20,000 nt of DNA from an uncultured virus (IMG/VR IMGVR_UViG_3300020814_000207). Its lineage: Duplodnaviria; Heunggongvirae; Uroviricota; Caudoviricetes. Position numbers and translations under genes: made by a program. The notes under the pieces are model-generated. The model was not told where the DNA came from. It saw only the letters and a program-made list of their open reading frames with translations, and did not search any database. Of the stretch, positions 16,502 to 20,000 are shown piece by piece (position 1 is the first letter of the stretch; each line of letters opens with the position of its first letter). The stretch lies in the IMG/VR virus record IMGVR_UViG_3300020814_000207, positions 55,927-75,926 of that record; one strand, given 5' to 3'.

Positions 16502-17397
16502 TATTTCGCCTTTTTTATTTTCTTGCTACCGCCATCGATAAATGGTCCTTCTCCATCTGTGTTGTCGTCTATCAAATCGTTGATATAGTCAATCCATGTT
16601 ATTAGGGCACTGGCCCTATCCCACCCCTTGTCAAATATCTGGTCTCTCGGATTTTGTCCAGGAACAAAATCTCTCCCTACGCCACCAATTACTACTGCTG
16701 GCAGGTTAGCCGCAAGCGCTTCCCACTCGACCAGGAAGAATGGAAGCAATCTTCCACAACACAAAAAGAAGTCCGAACAACCCATTAGTTCAGCAATCTG
16801 TGCTTGCTGTATCGCGCAGAATTGTCTTCCTCCATTGATATTGTATCTTTCATATGGACTTTTCCAGACCAATAACGGGAACACATCTGGGTGTTCAATG
16901 AAATATTGTTTCGCTAAATCAGCCCCTTTCATTGGGTGACTTGTTCCGCAATAAAATCCGACATTCGCATCGAGCGGGATTCCATATTTTGCCCGTAGCG
17001 CATTTTTGTCGTCGGCTGGCTTAAAGAGATCCGTATCTATACCTATCGGCAGTTTGTGTATTAATCCGAATGTAGCATAATAAGATCTCATCAAGTCGCT
17101 AGTTACCGTCTTGCGTTTAGCTGTTGAACATTTCTTTATCTCTGACAAAATGTGATCCCATGAACTTGATCCTAGCTTATCTTTCATATCTGGATACAAT
17201 TCCCACAATAAGGCGATTGTGTTATCTGGGTGTTTTGGGGCACCCATCGTGGAATAGTGCAGCACTACGTCGTGGGGGTTAATCTGATCGGGAGGTGGGC
17301 ATATTAATGTATCGTTCGGAAGTTCTCTATGAATCCATCTCCAAAATGTATCATCGTTAAACGAAGAATTTACCACTTGAGCATTTAGGTATATCAC
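16501..17397 (-). CDS. Glycosyltransferase, GT4-like (GT-B fold)
   Basis: LPIGIDTDLFKP...LRAKYGIP, HPMKG, IAELMGCSDFFL and EALAANLP. Likely start is GTG 17397 (GTGA overlap, AAGGA upstream). Confidence 0.85.
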   Translation of the reverse strand: MIYLNAQVVNSSFNDDTFWRWIHRELPNDTLICPPPDQINPHDVVLHYSTMGAPKHPDNTIALLWELYPDMKDKLGSSSWDHILSEIKKCSTAKRKTVTSDLMRSYYATFGLIHKLPIGIDTDLFKPADDKNALRAKYGIPLDANVGFYCGTSHPMKGADLAKQYFIEHPDVFPLLVWKSPYERYNINGGRQFCAIQQAQIAELMGCSDFFLCCGRLLPFFLVEWEALAANLPAVVIGGVGRDFVPGQNPRDQIFDKGWDRASALITWIDYINDLIDDNTDGEGPFIDGGSKKIKKAK

Positions 17398-18485
17398 CGA
17401 ATTGTCCTTTCGATTATCTCTACAATTCTTTGTGCTGTGTTTCCGTCTCCAAGCCACTCCGTTTTCATGCGATCTGGTTCGCTTAGTGTCCTGTCAACCC
17501 ATTCAACATATCTATTCACATCCTTTTGACGAACATCATTAGCGTTGACCATAATAGAACATCCGAATACAACAGACTGTGGACGTTCGGTATAGTCTCT
17601 TGGAACCAAGACCGGGGTGCCAAGCAATGCGGTCTCTTCTTGCGCTGTTCCACTGTCCGACACTAGACAAACAGAATCGTATTGTGCTTGAAGAAAATCG
17701 CCATACCCCATAAGCGCAATCGGTGTGATATTGCCAAAGTCAAGTTCAGCCCTCTTGATAGCGCGCATCGTGCGACTAAATTTCAGGAACCTAACGGGTA
17801 CCCGATAGACGTTGCCAAGATATTCTGCAAGACGGAGAATATTGTGCAGTCTATTCGGATCATTAATCGACTCAGGTCTATGTATATCGACAATGATTTG
17901 GTTTCGTGCGCTTGGCCGTTGCTTCAGTCTGTCGGCCAGTGGACTACAAACTTCGACTATCGTGTTGCCGACAACATGTATGTTTTCTGTCTTGATGTTT
18001 TCCCTGAGTAGATTGTCTCTGTAGTCGTTATGGTATGTAAACAATGTATCGGAGCAATGGTCGCACGTTATCCGATTGATCTCCTCTAACATACGCCTGT
18101 CTCCAGATCTCATCCCGGCCTCGATATGGCCTATTTTGAACCCTTCCTTCTTTAGCGGAAGAGAACAGCAAACAGAATTACTATCACCTAAAAACAAGAT
18201 CAGGTCTGGTTTTAGGTTTTCTCTCTTTATGAGTTCAAACAGTCGCTTGGTTAGGTTTGACAACTGCATCCAATGACTTGGACTATCTTTTCCGACATCA
18301 AGATTATAGTCTGGCTGTCTAATATCGAATTCGTGGAAGAATGTATCTGATAGTATATGATCAAAATGCTGGCCAGTGTGGCATAAGAGGTGTGTTACTC
18401 GCATATCTAATTGTTTGTACACCTCTGACATTCGTATAAAGTCTGGGCGTATCCCAGATATCGTCATAACTACCGGCTTACTCAT
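17394..18485 (-). CDS. wecB: UDP-N-acetylhexosamine 2-epimerase, non-hydrolysing (WecB/FnlC/QnlB family)
   Basis: GIRPDFIRM, HTGQH, GDSNS, HIEAGMRS, EEINR, VGNT, HRPES, SDSGTAQEE, TERP and GDG. The specific subfamily cannot be settled by eye. Confidence 0.92.
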   Translation of the reverse strand: MSKPVVMTISGIRPDFIRMSEVYKQLDMRVTHLLCHTGQHFDHILSDTFFHEFDIRQPDYNLDVGKDSPSHWMQLSNLTKRLFELIKRENLKPDLILFLGDSNSVCCSLPLKKEGFKIGHIEAGMRSGDRRMLEEINRITCDHCSDTLFTYHNDYRDNLLRENIKTENIHVVGNTIVEVCSPLADRLKQRPSARNQIIVDIHRPESINDPNRLHNILRLAEYLGNVYRVPVRFLKFSRTMRAIKRAELDFGNITPIALMGYGDFLQAQYDSVCLVSDSGTAQEETALLGTPVLVPRDYTERPQSVVFGCSIMVNANDVRQKDVNRYVEWVDRTLSEPDRMKTEWLGDGNTAQRIVEIIERTIR

Positions 18486-19257
18486 CTTTCATCGCCTCTT
18501 CGATTTGTTGGGCCAGCGGCCTGATATTGAACTTACTAAGAAATTCTGGATACACAGTGGTAAGTGTTCGATCAACAACCTTGCCAGCCACTACGGGAGT
18601 AATTACAGCAGGATCTTTTCTGTGTGAGTTGATCATCATAAGAAGATCGTACTTGCTTACGGTGTCGCTATGCAGATGAAACAGCCCTGGTTCCAACCAA
18701 TTGTTGTCGACGATCATCTTGATACATCTTGCTAATTCATTTGTCGTCATACCATTCCACATGTGGTTTGTAAACCCATTGGCCTTGGTTTGGTTTAATA
18801 ACCATGCCATCAATCCTTTGAAATTCTTATCTTCCTTTCCTATAATAGATGTTCGTATGACCATAGCTCTTGACGGTGCTTCGCCAAGTGATTTTGATCT
18901 CGCGTACAGATCTTTTCCGTCTGGCAAGTCGTACTCTGTATAGTTACCCTTTGTTCCTTCCATAGTACAATCTGTACTAATGTGGATAAGTCGACATCTC
19001 CATGACAGCACTTGTGGCAGAAGACAATTCAGGTTAAATGCCCTATTATATTCCTCTGGGGTTGGGTCGTCAGACAGGTGTTGACGAAGTAGTCCGCACG
19101 CATTGATTACGATATCGTCCGATTCAAGGGAATTGGCGAACCTATATATGTCATCCATTTTTGAAAAATCAAATTCCTTGGAACTGTACTTTTCCCATCC
19201 TGGAAACAGTTTGACCAATTGTCTTCCAAGCATTCCGGTAGCGCCAAGTATTATCAT
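18478..19257 (-). CDS. RmlD-like NDP-4-keto-6-deoxysugar reductase (SDR)
   Basis: ILGATGMLG, INACG, IHISTDC, YARSK (YxxxK), IRTSIIG and SKYDLL. ATG at 19257 (ATGA overlap, AGGAGG RBS). Confidence 0.88.
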   Translation of the reverse strand: MIILGATGMLGRQLVKLFPGWEKYSSKEFDFSKMDDIYRFANSLESDDIVINACGLLRQHLSDDPTPEEYNRAFNLNCLLPQVLSWRCRLIHISTDCTMEGTKGNYTEYDLPDGKDLYARSKSLGEAPSRAMVIRTSIIGKEDKNFKGLMAWLLNQTKANGFTNHMWNGMTTNELARCIKMIVDNNWLEPGLFHLHSDTVSKYDLLMMINSHRKDPAVITPVVAGKVVDRTLTTVYPEFLSKFNIRPLAQQIEEAMKDE

Positions 19258-20000
19258 CGAACCCACCCTCCTGTTGTCAATCTCCGAATATAATCTACGT
19301 TGCTGAACAACGGGTCGTCAACGTTTCTTATTCTCTTTTGTTTTATTAGTTGCATGATTTCTGTGATGCCTACGTCTAGGTCAAGATCTGGCTTCCATCC
19401 AAGAGAACGATATCTATCACTAGACACACGATAATTACGCGCATCCTCAAAGTTCATGTCTACATACCTGATGTTAACATTTGGAATAACACCCTTGATG
19501 TGCTGCGCTATGTCGCGAATACGACAATTTTCCTTACTCAAATTGAACAATCCATGAATATCGTTTTGAATACCAAACGTCATTGCTCCAGCCACGTCTT
19601 TGACATGCAATAGTGGACGCCACTGTTCGCCGCCATTAACCACCAGCGGTCGTCCAGATACCGCGTTGCGAGCAAGGACATTCGCCACCAAATCGAACCG
19701 AATCCTGCTAAATCTATCACCTAATCCATATAAAGTACCAAGCCTGAAAACAAGCGCATTGCCGTTCCCCTTATCCAGGATATACTGTTCTGCCAGTAGT
19801 TTTGTTTCGGCGTATACTGACAGCGGATTAGGCGCGGCATCTTCGTCAATTAGATTGTTATTGATACCGTATACCGATGCTGTGGAAGGAAAAATTATTT
19901 TACCACCATAATGATCCACTAGCCACTTAACAGATTCATAATTGATGGATCTCGTAAGGAATGGATCTGTGGCGCACGCGGCATCCCCAACAATCGCGGC
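19254..20000 (-). CDS. NAD-dependent epimerase/dehydratase (extended SDR); 5' end outside the window
   Basis: The frame stays open from 19919 to the window edge (AAIVGDAACATDPFLTRSINYESVKWL). Motifs STASVYG, YAETK, FRLGTLYG, RFDLVAN, GGEQWRPLLHVKD and DARNY. Confidence 0.88.
   Translation of the reverse strand, partial: AAIVGDAACATDPFLTRSINYESVKWLVDHYGGKIIFPSTASVYGINNNLIDEDAAPNPLSVYAETKLLAEQYILDKGNGNALVFRLGTLYGLGDRFSRIRFDLVANVLARNAVSGRPLVVNGGEQWRPLLHVKDVAGAMTFGIQNDIHGLFNLSKENCRIRDIAQHIKGVIPNVNIRYVDMNFEDARNYRVSSDRYRSLGWKPDLDLDVGITEIMQLIKQKRIRNVDDPLFSNVDYIRRLTTGGWVR

Noticed and set aside
8984..19266. Long gene overlaps implied by ORF-track starts at 9409, 12209, 15792, 17457 and 19266
   Set aside because: Downstream starts (9325, 12155, 15729, 17397, 19257) have better RBS or stop-start coupling and remove most of the overlap.
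130..19911. Many plus-strand ORFs of 64-148 aa (e.g. 130-405, 5039-5419, 5982-6422, 8359-8754, 11803-12204, 13229-13675)
   Set aside because: All lie antisense to minus-strand genes that tile the window and show no recognisable motifs; they are most likely shadow ORFs.
1..20000. Stop-codon reassignment, tRNA/ncRNA genes, terminators or repeat arrays
   Set aside because: Genes are full length in the standard code with TAA, TGA and TAG all used as stops. There is no intergenic space for RNA genes, and no convincing repeats or hairpin-plus-U-tract were seen by eye.

Overview
The window looks like part of a large dsDNA bacteriophage genome. About 29 genes lie on the minus strand, packed head-to-tail with ATGA/TGATG/TAATG overlaps and no intergenic gap longer than about 16 bp. 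In transcription order (right to left) there are four blocks. (1) Nucleotide-sugar and glycosylation cluster: NAD-dependent epimerase/dehydratase (partial), RmlD/QnlA-like reductase, UDP-HexNAc 2-epimerase, GT-B and GT-A glycosyltransferases. (2) Nucleotide metabolism and processing block: small HSP, stand-alone CCA-type HD phosphohydrolase, dCMP deaminase, class II ribonucleotide reductase, calcineurin-like phosphoesterase, a third glycosyltransferase, Cas4/AddB-like nuclease, DUF488-like protein and RNase HI. (3) Small hypothetical, Zn-ribbon and membrane proteins. (4) Replication/recombination core: RecA/UvsX, DUF559-like endonuclease, DnaB helicase, DnaG primase, dNMP kinase and a second PD-(D/E)XK nuclease (partial). 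The most notable observations are a possible phage-encoded rare-sugar (L-QuiNAc/L-RhaNAc-like) pathway with three glycosyltransferases, the same change in ATPase-stimulating residues in both RecA and DnaB, a second Zn finger inserted in the primase core, a headless CCA-type HD protein and a lipoprotein with u-spanin-like topology. All calls come from motif recognition by eye; no database searches were run.
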